Notes: generated from the sequence alone by a model not told the origin. A stretch of DNA of 64,000 bases from Alphaproteobacteria bacterium (GCA_038131445.1 JAYPPL010000009.1:20221-84220); one strand, 5' to 3'. Shown: positions 41,669 to 52,463, counted from the stretch's first letter. Translations and numbers: made by a program.

Positions 41669-42653
41669 GAGACACCTCCCCGGCCCCGGTATCGGGTGCC
41701 TTTAGACCTTCCACCTTGAAGGTCAGATCTCGGAAGACATCTTCCAGCCGGCCGCGCTCGACGAAAATTTCGCTCACGTCGATACCATTTTCGCCGATAG
41801 CGTTACGCACCTCGACGAGGATTTCACCGCCGCCCCGGGCAACGGCCAGGATTTCGACGGTATCTCCCACCTGGGAGGTCCGCTGTACGCCGCTGACCGA
41901 CGGCAGGGCGCTGAGCACCTGTGTGCAGTTGTCCACCAGCGCGGCGGACAGGCGGATGCCGACTGCATTGTGTAGCCGCGAGCGGGCTTGCAGGCTCAGC
42001 GGATCCTGATCGGCCACCAGCTTACCCTTGGCGATGATGATCGCGCGTGAACAAACCGCCTCGACCTCTTCAAGGATGTGGGTGGAGATGATGACGGCCT
42101 TCTTACCCGCCATCTCCTTCAGCAGTTCTCGCACCTCGTGCTTCTGGTTCGGGTCGAGGCCGTCGGTCGGCTCGTCGAGAATCAGAACGTCAGGATCGTG
42201 GACGATGGCCTGAGCCAGCCCGACACGGCGCTTGTAGCCCTTGGAGAGGGTCTCAACGGGCTGGTAGAGCACATTGTCGATGTGGAGCTTAGAAATCGCG
42301 TAGTCGATGCCGCGTTTCGTATCCTCGACGGACATACGCCGCACCTTGCAGACGAAGTTTAGCAATGACATCGGGGTCATGTCACCGTAAAGCGGCGCGC
42401 CTTCAGGCAGGTAGCCGATACTCCGCTTCACCTCCAGGGCATGGCGGGCAACGTCATGGCCGCAGACCTCGACGGTGCCTTCGCTGGCCGCGAGAAAGCC
42501 GGTCACAATCTTCATTGTCGTCGATTTGCCGGCGCCATTGGGCCCGAGAAACCCGAGCACCTCTCCGCGATCGACCGAGAACGACACGTTATCGACAGCG
42601 GTGATGGGCCCGAAACGTTTCGTCAGGTCCCTGATATCTAGGAGCTTCGTCAC
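41661..42653 (-). CDS. ABC transporter ATP-binding protein (GldA-like)
   Basis: GPNGAGKST, LSKGYKRRVGLAQAIVHDPDVLILDEPTDGLD; about 100-aa C-terminal extension. Confidence 0.8.
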   Translation of the reverse strand: MTKLLDIRDLTKRFGPITAVDNVSFSVDRGEVLGFLGPNGAGKSTTMKIVTGFLAASEGTVEVCGHDVARHALEVKRSIGYLPEGAPLYGDMTPMSLLNFVCKVRRMSVEDTKRGIDYAISKLHIDNVLYQPVETLSKGYKRRVGLAQAIVHDPDVLILDEPTDGLDPNQKHEVRELLKEMAGKKAVIISTHILEEVEAVCSRAIIIAKGKLVADQDPLSLQARSRLHNAVGIRLSAALVDNCTQVLSALPSVSGVQRTSQVGDTVEILAVARGGGEILVEVRNAIGENGIDVSEIFVERGRLEDVFRDLTFKVEGLKAPDTGAGEVSHA

Positions 42654-42972
42654 GGCTCTTTCTTCCTCCCCCCGACCGCTACAAATGGTGGACCGGGCTC
42701 TCTGCTCGATGCAAACGCGCGATACCGCGGCTTCGCAATATTGCTACCGGACGCATCCGTCCGGGAAATTCTTGTTTCCATTCAGCCGTTTGGCCGGACC
42801 GAATGGCAAATCGACGATCGATTTAGGCGCTTTGTCCGAACGATTCAAGACACGCACATCACAGTATGCCCCGCCAGACTGATGGTTTCGTGACAGCCAG
42901 TCGGATTGCACCCGAGCCATACTTCAAAACCATGATAAAAACCCATGCCAAGAACATGATTTTGATAGAAGT

Positions 42973-43707
42973 TCATGAGATGCGGCAGCTCTCTCCACTG
43001 ACCAGCACGAATGCCCTCGGTCCGGCGACGACACTGAAGCGGTATTCGACCTTACCGACAGCCACCGCATGGTGGACCGGCAGCAAGCCTGTTACCTGAG
43101 AGACCTCACCACCGCGATGCGTGAAATTCACCGTCACGGGCTGTCCTGGATCGAACCACGCTACGGGCTGATTGGCCTCGTTCCTCGCAGCGGTGCCCGT
43201 TCCGGTGACCGTTACGGCGCCATCAGCGAAGCTTACCCAGCCGTTCGCCCCCTGGTGGATTTCATTGTTGATGATAAAGCGTTTCGACGGGCCGAGCGGT
43301 TCGCAGGCAACATCGTCGCGGGCAATCGCGACCATCGCACGGATACGGTCATCCGATATCCCAGTATCCAGACGCTCGCGAACCGCCCGCAGGATCGGCT
43401 TCTCACGCTCGCTGGGCACATCCGCCTCATAGCGGGAACTCCAGTCGGCGACCTTGTCCCGCTCCGTGCGCAGTGCGGCCTGCAAACCGGCGATTTCAGC
43501 GCGCAGTTTCTCGCCTGCTTCGATCTCTTCTGTCAGGTGCACCTTGAGTTCGCTCACCTGTTGCTGAGCAATGTCCGTACCAACATCATGAGCGTAGACG
43601 CCGACCCCCGCTCCGACGGCCAGGACAACGGCCCAGCGAAAGAGGGTCCCGGCGAACTGCCGCCTTTTGCGTCGGCGGTTCCGGTCTTCTGATAATCCGA
43701 GAGACAT
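42973..43707 (-). CDS. Hypothetical membrane-anchored coiled-coil protein (unknown family)
   Basis: 244 aa: basic N-tail (RNRRRKRRQ), one TM helix, about 60-aa coiled-coil, then a beta-rich C-terminal domain; 17 nt downstream of the TauE-like gene. Confidence 0.45.
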   Translation of the reverse strand: MSLGLSEDRNRRRKRRQFAGTLFRWAVVLAVGAGVGVYAHDVGTDIAQQQVSELKVHLTEEIEAGEKLRAEIAGLQAALRTERDKVADWSSRYEADVPSEREKPILRAVRERLDTGISDDRIRAMVAIARDDVACEPLGPSKRFIINNEIHQGANGWVSFADGAVTVTGTGTAARNEANQPVAWFDPGQPVTVNFTHRGGEVSQVTGLLPVHHAVAVGKVEYRFSVVAGPRAFVLVSGESCRIS

Positions 43708-43724
43708 ACCTGATTTTTTACCCG

Positions 43725-44645
43725 CTACGCGAACACGCCCAGTTCACGAAGGGCTATGTATCCCATCGCCAGACCGATAATACCGAACAGTATGGCGATT
43801 GTGCGTTCCATGGTGCGTTGCGCGACCTTGCCCTGGAGCCGAGGTCCAATCTGACCACCGATGATGACACCCGGGATCGTGTAACACACGAGGTTCCACG
43901 GGATTGCGTGGACACCGCCTGCAGCGATCAGCGCGGACACTTGCGTAAACGACGCGGCCGCAATGGTGACAATTACGATAAAGACCGACGTCGCCGCCGC
44001 CACCGCCACCGGCACATGATTACGCTTGACCAATTGCGGCATGATGACTTCGCCGATCCCCACGCCCAAAAGCCCTGTCAAAAACGCTCCGATGCCTGTG
44101 GTGGCAGCACCGCTGACCCCCTGCTTCGGCTTCTTAAAGCTCCAGGTTTTCCCGGTAGTGTCCGTCACGCTAACGGATTCGCGGCTGGCCCCTTCGAAAT
44201 GCTCGTGGGCATTCTCGGTGAGCATTTCCTGCGGCAAGTGATGCCGAAAGATAATCGGCGCCAGCACTAACATCAGGACCGCATAGGACCCCTTCAGCAC
44301 GGCTTCATGCTCCTTGAGGGACGCCAGCATGATCGCGCCGACAATGGCTACCGGAACCGAGACCATCAGGAACGGCGTGGCGCTGCGGAAATGGATCAGC
44401 TTCTTGCGGTAGTAGCCGACGAAACCGGACGAAAATCCGAAGACTTCCGTCATCAGGGCCGTGCCGATCGCCGCCGCCGTCCCCGCCAGGAGATATTCCG
44501 GGCCAAGAATTGGGAAGATGATCAGGAAAATCGGCGCGAATAGCGCCGCACCGCCAATTCCGCTTAGCATCGCCGTCGTCGCCACACACATCGAGATCGG
44601 GAACATGAACCAGTAGATGGTCCAGTCGAGACTAGCGAAATCCAT
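43725..44645 (-). CDS. TauE/SafE-family sulfite/anion exporter
   Basis: Start at MDFASLDWTIYWFMFPISMCVATTAMLSGIGGAALFAPIF...; two-repeat 4-TM architecture of the TauE/SafE family; the six-frame ORF extends a further 103 aa upstream. Confidence 0.65.
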   Translation of the reverse strand: MDFASLDWTIYWFMFPISMCVATTAMLSGIGGAALFAPIFLIIFPILGPEYLLAGTAAAIGTALMTEVFGFSSGFVGYYRKKLIHFRSATPFLMVSVPVAIVGAIMLASLKEHEAVLKGSYAVLMLVLAPIIFRHHLPQEMLTENAHEHFEGASRESVSVTDTTGKTWSFKKPKQGVSGAATTGIGAFLTGLLGVGIGEVIMPQLVKRNHVPVAVAAATSVFIVIVTIAAASFTQVSALIAAGGVHAIPWNLVCYTIPGVIIGGQIGPRLQGKVAQRTMERTIAILFGIIGLAMGYIALRELGVFA

Positions 44646-44857
44646 ACCTTTTCCTCTGTTATTGTATTTCTCGGTTTCGTGCCGGTTCGCCCTTCTTTCG
44701 GGGCCGCGCAAGCTAGCGCGGGAAACTACGAAAATCCACGCGCAATTCATTGATCGCAGTGCCGAAAATCGGCTCCCAAGCCTTGACTTACGGGTGTGAT
44801 TCGCAATCAAACTCTCGCCACGCATTCGCGCACGCAAAGAAAAATTCGGGGACAAGA

Positions 44858-45763
44858 ATGGCAATTCGATTCGATGGCCGCGTTGCGGTCGTGACCGGTG
44901 CTGGACACGGACTTGGCAAGAGCTATGCGCTCGCTCTGGGTGCGCGCGGCGCAAAAGTGGTGGTCAACGATCTGGGCGGAGCTATCGACGGCAGCGGCTC
45001 ATCAGCCACGCCGGCCGATGTGGTGGTGGAGGAAATCCGTGCCGCAGGCGGTGAAGCTGTTGCCAACTATGACAGCGTCGCCGAGTGCGATTCCGCAGCG
45101 AATATTGTACAGACCGCCGTCGATAACTTCGGCGGCGTCGATATCGTTATCAACAATGCCGGTATCGTCCGCGACAAAACCTTCCACAAAATGACGCTTG
45201 AAGACTATGAGTTCGTGGTGAAGGTCCACTTTCTCGGCTCGGTGTATGTCGCCCATGCCGCCTACCCGATTATGCGGGAGAACAACTACGGACGCATCTT
45301 GATGGTATCGTCGAATTCCGGTCTCTACGGGAATTTCGGGCAGACCAACTATTCCGCCGCCAAGATGGCCGTGGTCGGCTTCATGAACACACTGAAACTG
45401 GAGGGCGCGCGTAACAACATCACCATCAACGCGCTCGCGCCGCTCGCCGCCACGCGCATCGCGGAGCCGTCCGGCATCTTCGAGACCTATGACCGCGAGC
45501 TGGTGACACCCGAAGCGGTCGCCGCCATGGTGACCTACCTTGTCAGCGAGGACTGCACTGACAGCGGCAACGTGATCTCGGCCACCGCGGGCTACTATTC
45601 ACGCATCCAAGTCATGGAGGGTGACGGCGTACGCGTCGATCCGCGCGAGCAGATGACGCCGGAGCGCATCTCAGAGCTCTGGCCGCAGATCGTCGCAATG
45701 GAAAATCCGCGCGGCTACAACGACGCGGTCGAGAACCTCACTGCCGTGATGGCGAAGGAATAG
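44858..45763 (+). CDS. SDR-family dehydrogenase (hydroxyacyl-CoA/hydroxysteroid dehydrogenase-like)
   Basis: Start MAIRFDGRVAVVTGAGHGLGKSYALAL; VINNAGIVRD; YSAAK catalytic motif. Confidence 0.75.
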   Translation: MAIRFDGRVAVVTGAGHGLGKSYALALGARGAKVVVNDLGGAIDGSGSSATPADVVVEEIRAAGGEAVANYDSVAECDSAANIVQTAVDNFGGVDIVINNAGIVRDKTFHKMTLEDYEFVVKVHFLGSVYVAHAAYPIMRENNYGRILMVSSNSGLYGNFGQTNYSAAKMAVVGFMNTLKLEGARNNITINALAPLAATRIAEPSGIFETYDRELVTPEAVAAMVTYLVSEDCTDSGNVISATAGYYSRIQVMEGDGVRVDPREQMTPERISELWPQIVAMENPRGYNDAVENLTAVMAKE

Positions 45764-45765
45764 CC

Positions 45766-46719
45766 CTAGCAGCCCCGCAACTCCCGCTTCAGGACTCCCC
45801 CCGCCTCCGCAATCGAGGCGCGGGAGCGCTGATATCGCCGCTGCCACATCCAGATGAAGTGGGTCATACCTTCTTCGATCTTGAGGTGGTGCGCCACACC
45901 TGCGGCCGCTAACCGAACGCCCAAAGCACGGCTGTCATCGACCAGCGGGTCTAGGTCCCCGACCATCACCCAGGTGTAGGGAAGCCCGGACAGGTCCGAA
46001 TGAAGTGGCGCAGCGCGTGGATCATCGGCGGCAACATTCATCCCCTCGAGATAGCCGTCCCATATCCACTGCATCTGCATGCGCGTCAGGCCGTAGGTGC
46101 CGTCTCCGATCTCCCGCCATGACGGCGTGTCAACGTCAATCTGATAGACGCCATAGACTAGTGCCAGCGCCCGCACGGCGCCTGTATACTTGAGTTGCGT
46201 ACCGGCATAGAGCGCCAGCGTCGCGCCGGCGGAATCGCCACAGAACGCCATGCGGTCTGGGTCTAGGCCATTGGCCGATCCTTCATTACGTACCCAGTTT
46301 GCCGCCGCCATTGTTTCGTCCACGGGTACCGGGAATCGGAACTCCGGCCAGAGGCGGTAATCGACGCTCGCCACGGCGCAGCCGCTCTCCACCGCGAGGC
46401 GGCGGCAGATCTGGTCGTAGGCCACCACGTCCCCCGTCCACCATCCCCCGCCGTGAATGAAGACCGTGACCGGCGCAGGGCGTTCGTCCGTCGGAAAATA
46501 GAGCCGCAACAGGAACGGCCCATGAGGACCGTCAATGGTGACATCCCGGACCTCATGCACGTCGAGGACACCGTCAGGCTGATTCAGATAGGCGTAATAC
46601 CGCTCACGTGCCGCCCGCGCCGCCTCCACGCCGACATCCGCCGGGTCCGGCAAGGCAACACCTGTTTCCTTCAATTCGTCGAATACGGTCTGGAGGCCGG
46701 GATCCACGGGTGACGGCAT
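45766..46719 (-). CDS. Alpha/beta-hydrolase (HSL-type esterase/lipase)
   Basis: HGGGW oxyanion motif (VFIHGGGWWTGD) and GDSAGA nucleophile elbow. Confidence 0.75.
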   Translation of the reverse strand: MPSPVDPGLQTVFDELKETGVALPDPADVGVEAARAARERYYAYLNQPDGVLDVHEVRDVTIDGPHGPFLLRLYFPTDERPAPVTVFIHGGGWWTGDVVAYDQICRRLAVESGCAVASVDYRLWPEFRFPVPVDETMAAANWVRNEGSANGLDPDRMAFCGDSAGATLALYAGTQLKYTGAVRALALVYGVYQIDVDTPSWREIGDGTYGLTRMQMQWIWDGYLEGMNVAADDPRAAPLHSDLSGLPYTWVMVGDLDPLVDDSRALGVRLAAAGVAHHLKIEEGMTHFIWMWQRRYQRSRASIAEAGGVLKRELRGC

Positions 46720-46737
46720 GGTGAGCTCTCCTAAGTC

Positions 46738-48270
46738 TCAGTCGCGCTCTTCGGACTCGAGCTGGTTGCGCAGCTCGCGCTTCACGATCTTGCCATAGTT
46801 GTTCTTCGGCAGTGATGCAGCAATCCGGTAGTCCTTGGGGCGCTTGAAGCGGGCGATGTTCTCTAGACAAAGCTTGTCCAGTTCCGCGACGTTGACCTCT
46901 GTGCCTTCGTGTGGCGTGACAAAGGCGATGACTTCCTCGCCCCATTCCTTGTGAGGACGGCCGACCACTGCGCATTCCAGCACGTTTGGATGGCGCAACA
47001 GCACCTCCTCGATCTCACGTGGATAGATGTTGCTGCCGCCGGAGATAATCATGTCCTTGGAGCGGTCCTTCAGGGTCAGGAAGCCGTCTGCATCGAATGC
47101 TCCCATGTCTCCCGTATGCAGCCAGCCCCCGCGCAGGGATTCGGCGCTCGCATCGGGCCGGTTCCAGTAACCCTTCATCACGACCGCACCGCGCACGAGA
47201 ATTTCGCCCACCTCGCCGGTAGGCAGCTCGTTGTCTTCGCTATCCGCGACCTTCACCTCTACGACGGACTGGGCATAGCCGACCGACGCCAGGCGGTCCT
47301 CATAGCGCGGATTGTTCGTGTCCATGTGATCCTCGCGTGGCAGCACGGTGATGCACATGGGGCTCTCGCCCTGGCCGTAGATCTGGACGAACTTCTGCCC
47401 GAACCGCGCCAGCGCCGCCTTGAGGTCAGCCACGTACATTGGACCGCCGCCATAGGTGACGGTGCGCAGGTTCGGCGCATCCCCGCCGCCGGAATGGTTC
47501 ACCAGCCGCTTGACCATGGTCGGCGCGGCAAATAGCGACACTTCATCCAGCTCTTGGCACAGATGGAGGATCTCATCCGGTTCGAACCCGCCGGACTCGG
47601 GTACAACCTGGCGTGCACCGACGGCCAGATGCGGAATGCCATAGAAGCCGGATCCGTGGGACATCGGTGCAGGATGCAGCGCCGCACCGTTCACGGGAAC
47701 CCTGTCGATATCCACGAAATAGGTCAGCATCATCTCCCACAGGTTCCGGTGGGAGAGCATCGCCCCCTTGGGGTTTCCTGTGGTGCCTGAGGTGTAGAAC
47801 AGCCAGGCGAGATCGTCGTCGTCGCGCTCGGCCATCTCTACGCACTCGCCGTCACGTAAACCCAAATAGTCCGCCTCACCGACCACGATGATTGGGATTT
47901 TTCGGCCCGCGATCTCGGCACCTTTCGCGGCCTTCTCGGCAAGGTCTGGCGTAACGAACAGAGCGCCCGCGCCTGCATCATCAAGGATATAGGCGAGTTC
48001 CTTTTCATGGAGCTTGTTGTTGATGGGAAGCGCCGTCATGCCGGCGTGCAGCGTGCCGTGGAAGGCTTCGAGATATTCCGGCGTGTTGGTCATAAAGAGA
48101 CCGACACGGTCGTTTTCCGACAGTCCCAGCGATCCCCGCATGGCTCCTGCCAGACCGGCCGCGCGCTGTGCGAGCGTGCCGTAGACGCAGTAGTCGAGCG
48201 TGCCGTGAGATATCGCCACACGGTCCGGAAAGGAACGCGCCGCACGGATCAGCAACTGATTGAGATTCAT
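46738..48270 (-). CDS. AMP-dependent acyl-CoA synthetase/ligase
   Basis: 510 aa; LFYTSGTTGNPKGAM AMP-binding motif, TGDMG, PKNNYGKIVK C-terminal motif. Confidence 0.8.
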   Translation of the reverse strand: MNLNQLLIRAARSFPDRVAISHGTLDYCVYGTLAQRAAGLAGAMRGSLGLSENDRVGLFMTNTPEYLEAFHGTLHAGMTALPINNKLHEKELAYILDDAGAGALFVTPDLAEKAAKGAEIAGRKIPIIVVGEADYLGLRDGECVEMAERDDDDLAWLFYTSGTTGNPKGAMLSHRNLWEMMLTYFVDIDRVPVNGAALHPAPMSHGSGFYGIPHLAVGARQVVPESGGFEPDEILHLCQELDEVSLFAAPTMVKRLVNHSGGGDAPNLRTVTYGGGPMYVADLKAALARFGQKFVQIYGQGESPMCITVLPREDHMDTNNPRYEDRLASVGYAQSVVEVKVADSEDNELPTGEVGEILVRGAVVMKGYWNRPDASAESLRGGWLHTGDMGAFDADGFLTLKDRSKDMIISGGSNIYPREIEEVLLRHPNVLECAVVGRPHKEWGEEVIAFVTPHEGTEVNVAELDKLCLENIARFKRPKDYRIAASLPKNNYGKIVKRELRNQLESEERD

Positions 48271-48331
48271 GGATAGTCTCGCCTCCCGCGACTACAATGG
48301 CGCACCGCTTAAAACACAACAAGATTGCGCA

Positions 48332-49033
48332 ATGTACGAACTCTATTACTGGCCAACCATCCAGGGACGCGGAGAATTCATCCGGCTGCTGCTGGAAGAT
48401 GTGGGCGCCGACTACGTGGACGTGATCCGCAAGCCGGATGAAGATGGCGGCGGGCGTGATACGCTGCTTGGACTGCTGGCGGAGACGGGCCAGTTCGCGC
48501 CTCCTATCCTGAAGGACGGTGATGTTTATGTGTCGCAGACCCCGCTCATCATGGACTATCTCGGAGGGCGTCACGGCCTGGCTCCGAACAACGAAACTGC
48601 ACGCCGTGACGCACTGCGCCTGTCGATGGTCCTGGCGGACTTCCTTGTCGAGGCCCATGACGTGCACCATCCGCTGGCCAAGGAATTCTATTATGAGGAA
48701 CAGAAGGTCGAGGCGCTGCGCCGCGCTCCGAATTTCCGCGACATGCGAATTCCAAAGTTCTACGGATATTTCGAACGCCTGATCACCGACGGCGGGTACC
48801 TGGTCGGCGATACCCTTACTCATCCGGATATCTCGCTATTCCAGGTTGTGGAGGGACTTCGCTATTCCTTCCCTAAGACCATGGCGCGATTGGAGCCGGA
48901 TTATCCGGGCGTGGTACGCCTGCACGACGAGATTGCCGCACGGCCAGGTATCTCGGCCTATCTGGTCTCAGATAGCCGCATACCGTTCAACGAACATGGG
49001 ATCTTTCGCAACTATCCGGAGCTGGATGCCTAG
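48332..49033 (+). CDS. Glutathione S-transferase-family protein
   Basis: ATG at 48332; MYELYYWPTIQGRGEFIRLLLEDVGADY..., thioredoxin-like N-domain plus helical C-domain. Confidence 0.65.
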   Translation: MYELYYWPTIQGRGEFIRLLLEDVGADYVDVIRKPDEDGGGRDTLLGLLAETGQFAPPILKDGDVYVSQTPLIMDYLGGRHGLAPNNETARRDALRLSMVLADFLVEAHDVHHPLAKEFYYEEQKVEALRRAPNFRDMRIPKFYGYFERLITDGGYLVGDTLTHPDISLFQVVEGLRYSFPKTMARLEPDYPGVVRLHDEIAARPGISAYLVSDSRIPFNEHGIFRNYPELDA

Positions 49034-49186
49034 AGCCGACCTTCTGGGACGGCGCTCGTACGATATCGTTAGAGCGGATACTGCGCGCCAAATTACGCCA
49101 GCCACGGAGCAAGCCTACGGCAGGCCGAGATACGGAACCCTTCTTATCCGTCCGTTGCCTGATCGTAAATCGCGGGTCAGCAGCGT

Positions 49187-50191
49187 TCAGTGACTGTGCG
49201 GATGCTTGTGGGGATGCTCGGAAATGCCCCTGGACCTGCGCCAGTCAAAGAAATCGGCCATGCCGGCGAATACCTCCATGGGAGGCATGCCTTCATCCAT
49301 ACTGAGACCCCGAAACTCTCGATACATGGCAGCCACATTGGCAAACACGCGCTGGCCGTCGTCCCAGTCCTCGAAATTCGCCAGTGCGATGTCTTTCGTC
49401 GCCTCCATCTCGTTCATGCCGGCATCGAAGCGCTTCTTTACTTCATACTCCAGCTCGTCGAGATATGCTCGGAAACGCAGCACCTCTGCCTTCCCGGCAA
49501 TCGGTCCATGGCCCGGCACAACAATATCCGGATTGAGTTCGATGATCTTGTCGCAGGCTTTGCGCCAGTTATCGACCGGGCCGTCCCAAATAACCGGGTG
49601 GCCACCGACGAAGAGGATATCGCCCGCATAAATAAGGTTGTCGTCCGGAACATGCACCAGGACATCGCCACGCGTGTGCGCCGGGCCAACATTGTAAAGA
49701 TCGACCTTTTTGTCGCCAATCATCACGGCGTGATGGTCTTCGAAAACCGTGGTCGGGTGCGTCAGCTGGATCCCGTTGAAATCAAAGGCATTGAAGCAAT
49801 ATTCGAGGAATTCTCCAAAGACGCCCATTTCATTCGTCCGGCCCATTAGCTCTAGCAGGGTTTCGGGCAGGAAGTGATCGAATTCCTCGGCGCATCCCTT
49901 GGACGCAATTATCTCAGCTTCCTTGACGAGCTGGTTGCCCCAGGTGTGGTCTGCATTGGCATGAGTGTTCACCAGCTTCTCGATCCGCCTGGCCGCCGGG
50001 ACGGCGTCCCGCATCGTTTCCAGCATCTCACTGGTCATCGGCAGGTCGATCAGCGTATCAACAAGCAGCGTCTGATCCCCATCGACAATTAGGCCGGCAT
50101 TCGCGAGGCACCATCCGCCGTCTGGAACGAGGTAGGCCCATAGTCCGTCGCCGACCTCATGAAGGCCTTTTTTGTATTGCCACTCCGACAT
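49187..50191 (-). CDS. MBL-fold metallo-hydrolase
   Basis: 334 aa; HANADHTWGN (HxHxDH) metal-binding motif. Confidence 0.7.
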   Translation of the reverse strand: MSEWQYKKGLHEVGDGLWAYLVPDGGWCLANAGLIVDGDQTLLVDTLIDLPMTSEMLETMRDAVPAARRIEKLVNTHANADHTWGNQLVKEAEIIASKGCAEEFDHFLPETLLELMGRTNEMGVFGEFLEYCFNAFDFNGIQLTHPTTVFEDHHAVMIGDKKVDLYNVGPAHTRGDVLVHVPDDNLIYAGDILFVGGHPVIWDGPVDNWRKACDKIIELNPDIVVPGHGPIAGKAEVLRFRAYLDELEYEVKKRFDAGMNEMEATKDIALANFEDWDDGQRVFANVAAMYREFRGLSMDEGMPPMEVFAGMADFFDWRRSRGISEHPHKHPHSH

Positions 50192-50209
50192 TTTGTACTT
50201 CCTGCTTGC

Positions 50210-51172
50210 CTAGTGTTTGCGAACGACCCTATTGCGCAAGACCCCGATACCCGTCACCTCGAGCTCCACGACGTCCCCATCGCTCAAGTAGAGATCGTGC
50301 TCCAGTCCGCAGCCCCACGGCACGGTACCGGAGCAGAAGAACTCGCCCGGATAGATGGTTTCGGATCGAGACGCATGCGCAATGCAGTCCTCGAACTTCC
50401 AGTGCATATCGCCTGAATTGCCGCGCGAACGTTCCTCGCCGTTGATCCTGACAACCATATCGGCGTTATAAGGATCGAACCCGTCGGCGGTCACGATGCA
50501 AGGTCCAATTATGTTGCCGGTCTCGAAATCTTTGCCCTTGCCCGGCCCAAGACCAGCCGACATCTCCATCGCCTGAGTATCACGCGCAGATATATCGTTG
50601 AAGATCGAGAAACCAAAGATCACACCTTTGGCTTCTTCGGGTGAGACATCCTTGCACTTCGTCCCGACCCAGGCCCCGAACTCCATTTCATAATCGAGCA
50701 TTTCGCTAAATTTAGGCCATGCCACATCTTGATCGGTTCCGATGATTCCGAACCGGCTCGGCTTATAATAGACAGGTTGCTCGTACCAAATCGGCGGTAT
50801 TGCAAAGACCCCTTCCCGCTCGAAACGAACCAGAGCTTCTTCTGGATCCGGTTCCGCCTCCGCCTTCTTCTTGCGGAGCATATTGTAACCATTGATCAGA
50901 TGTTCTTCGAAGCACAGAAAATCGCGCAACTGGGGCGGTTCCGGTACCGGCGTCATAAGGCACACATCCGCAAGAGGAATTTCACCCGCGCCAGCGGCGA
51001 CGATCTCTCCTGCACGCGCTACGGCAGAATGTCCCGCCTCGATCAGCGCGAGCATCGTCGCGAAGAAGGGCTGCGCATCCTCCGCCGCCAGATCAAACAC
51101 GGCGTCCTCAGCAGCGTTCAAGGCGCCGGTTCGCGGAAGTCCATCACCCGTGTGAAACGTCACCAGTTTCAT
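50210..51172 (-). CDS. Fumarylacetoacetate hydrolase (FAH)-family protein
   Basis: Start MKLVTFHTGDGLPRTGALN...; FAH-fold motifs (YEMEFGAWVG, DISARD). Confidence 0.7.
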   Translation of the reverse strand: MKLVTFHTGDGLPRTGALNAAEDAVFDLAAEDAQPFFATMLALIEAGHSAVARAGEIVAAGAGEIPLADVCLMTPVPEPPQLRDFLCFEEHLINGYNMLRKKKAEAEPDPEEALVRFEREGVFAIPPIWYEQPVYYKPSRFGIIGTDQDVAWPKFSEMLDYEMEFGAWVGTKCKDVSPEEAKGVIFGFSIFNDISARDTQAMEMSAGLGPGKGKDFETGNIIGPCIVTADGFDPYNADMVVRINGEERSRGNSGDMHWKFEDCIAHASRSETIYPGEFFCSGTVPWGCGLEHDLYLSDGDVVELEVTGIGVLRNRVVRKH

Positions 51173-51491
51173 ATTATATCCCTGCCTGAAACCGAGACCG
51201 CGCGCATATAACGATGCGCCGCCCCTGCTAAGACGCTCAACCGCGTCTTGGAAATAATTCCCTTTGAACTTGCATAATTCGGCCGGAATTCCAAATCGCA
51301 TCCGTGTTCATATGGACTTGCCCGGCACACGCCGCTAACTTCGCGCTACGTTCGACTGGGGATCAGCCGAGCCTTTCTCGAAACGTCTTCGCGCATGTGA
51401 AAGACTTTTCAGCGTCTGGACAACGAGCTCCCCCGCGACCCAAAATCGGGTTAACGAAATCCAGAACAGCCTTCGTGCCCAGGGGGAATCA

Positions 51492-52427
51492 ATGGCCAAA
51501 CAAACCAAAGTCATCATTTCGTGCGCCGTAACAGGTGCTATCCACACACCGACCATGTCGGACCACCTTCCGATCACGCCGGACGAAATAGCACAGTCCT
51601 CAATCGAGGCCGCCGAAGCTGGAGCGTCGATCATCCATCTTCATGCGCGCGACCCGCAGAACGGCAAGCCGACCCCGGATCCCGACGTGTTCATGGAGTT
51701 CCTACCGCGCATCAAGCAGAACACCGACGCGGTTGTTAACATCACCACTGGCGGTGGCCTGGGTATGACCGTCGATGAGCGCATTGCCGCAGCCGTGCGC
51801 GCGGAACCGGAAGTCACCTCGTTCAACATGGGTTCGATGAATTTCGGTATCTTCGGGCTTGCTGGCCGCTACGATAAGTGGAAACACGAATGGGAGAAGT
51901 CGTACCTGGAGATGACCGACGACTTCATCTTCACCAACACCTTTAAGCAGATGGAATACATCATCACCGAGTTACACGATAAGCGCGGTGTGAAGTTCGA
52001 GCATGAGTGTTACGACGTGAGCCATCTCTACAATACGGCTTACTGGTACAATCAGGGCCGCCTGAAGGGTCCGATCTTCCTGCAGTTCATCTTCGGCATC
52101 ATGGGCGGCATCGGCGCCGACCTCGCACACTTGATCCACATGAAGGAGACCGCCGACAAGCTGTTCGGCGACGATTACGTCTTTTCAGTCCTCGGTGCGG
52201 GCCGCCACCAGATGAACTTCGTCACCCAATCTGCCCTTCTTGGTGGCAGCGTGCGCGTTGGCCTCGAGGACTCGCTGTACATAGGCAAAGGTAAGCTGGC
52301 CGAATCCAACGCGCAGCAGGTCGCCAAGATACGCCGGATCGTCGAAGACCTCTCGCTGGAAGTCGCGACGCCGGACGAAGCCCGTGAGATCCTCGACCTC
52401 AAGGGCGGCGACATGGTGAAGTTCTAG
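51492..52427 (+). CDS. BKACE-family beta-keto acid cleavage enzyme (3-keto-5-aminohexanoate cleavage enzyme-like, DUF849)
   Basis: 311 aa; VIISCAVTGAIHTP...ASIIHLHARDPQNGKPT...VVNITTGGG pattern of the Kce/BKACE family. Confidence 0.75.
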   Translation: MAKQTKVIISCAVTGAIHTPTMSDHLPITPDEIAQSSIEAAEAGASIIHLHARDPQNGKPTPDPDVFMEFLPRIKQNTDAVVNITTGGGLGMTVDERIAAAVRAEPEVTSFNMGSMNFGIFGLAGRYDKWKHEWEKSYLEMTDDFIFTNTFKQMEYIITELHDKRGVKFEHECYDVSHLYNTAYWYNQGRLKGPIFLQFIFGIMGGIGADLAHLIHMKETADKLFGDDYVFSVLGAGRHQMNFVTQSALLGGSVRVGLEDSLYIGKGKLAESNAQQVAKIRRIVEDLSLEVATPDEAREILDLKGGDMVKF

Positions 52428-52463
52428 TTATCAAACGGGATGAACCAGATCAGATTACGATAG

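Noticed and set aside
50729-51211. 160-aa plus-strand ORF
   Set aside because: Antisense to the FAH-family gene.
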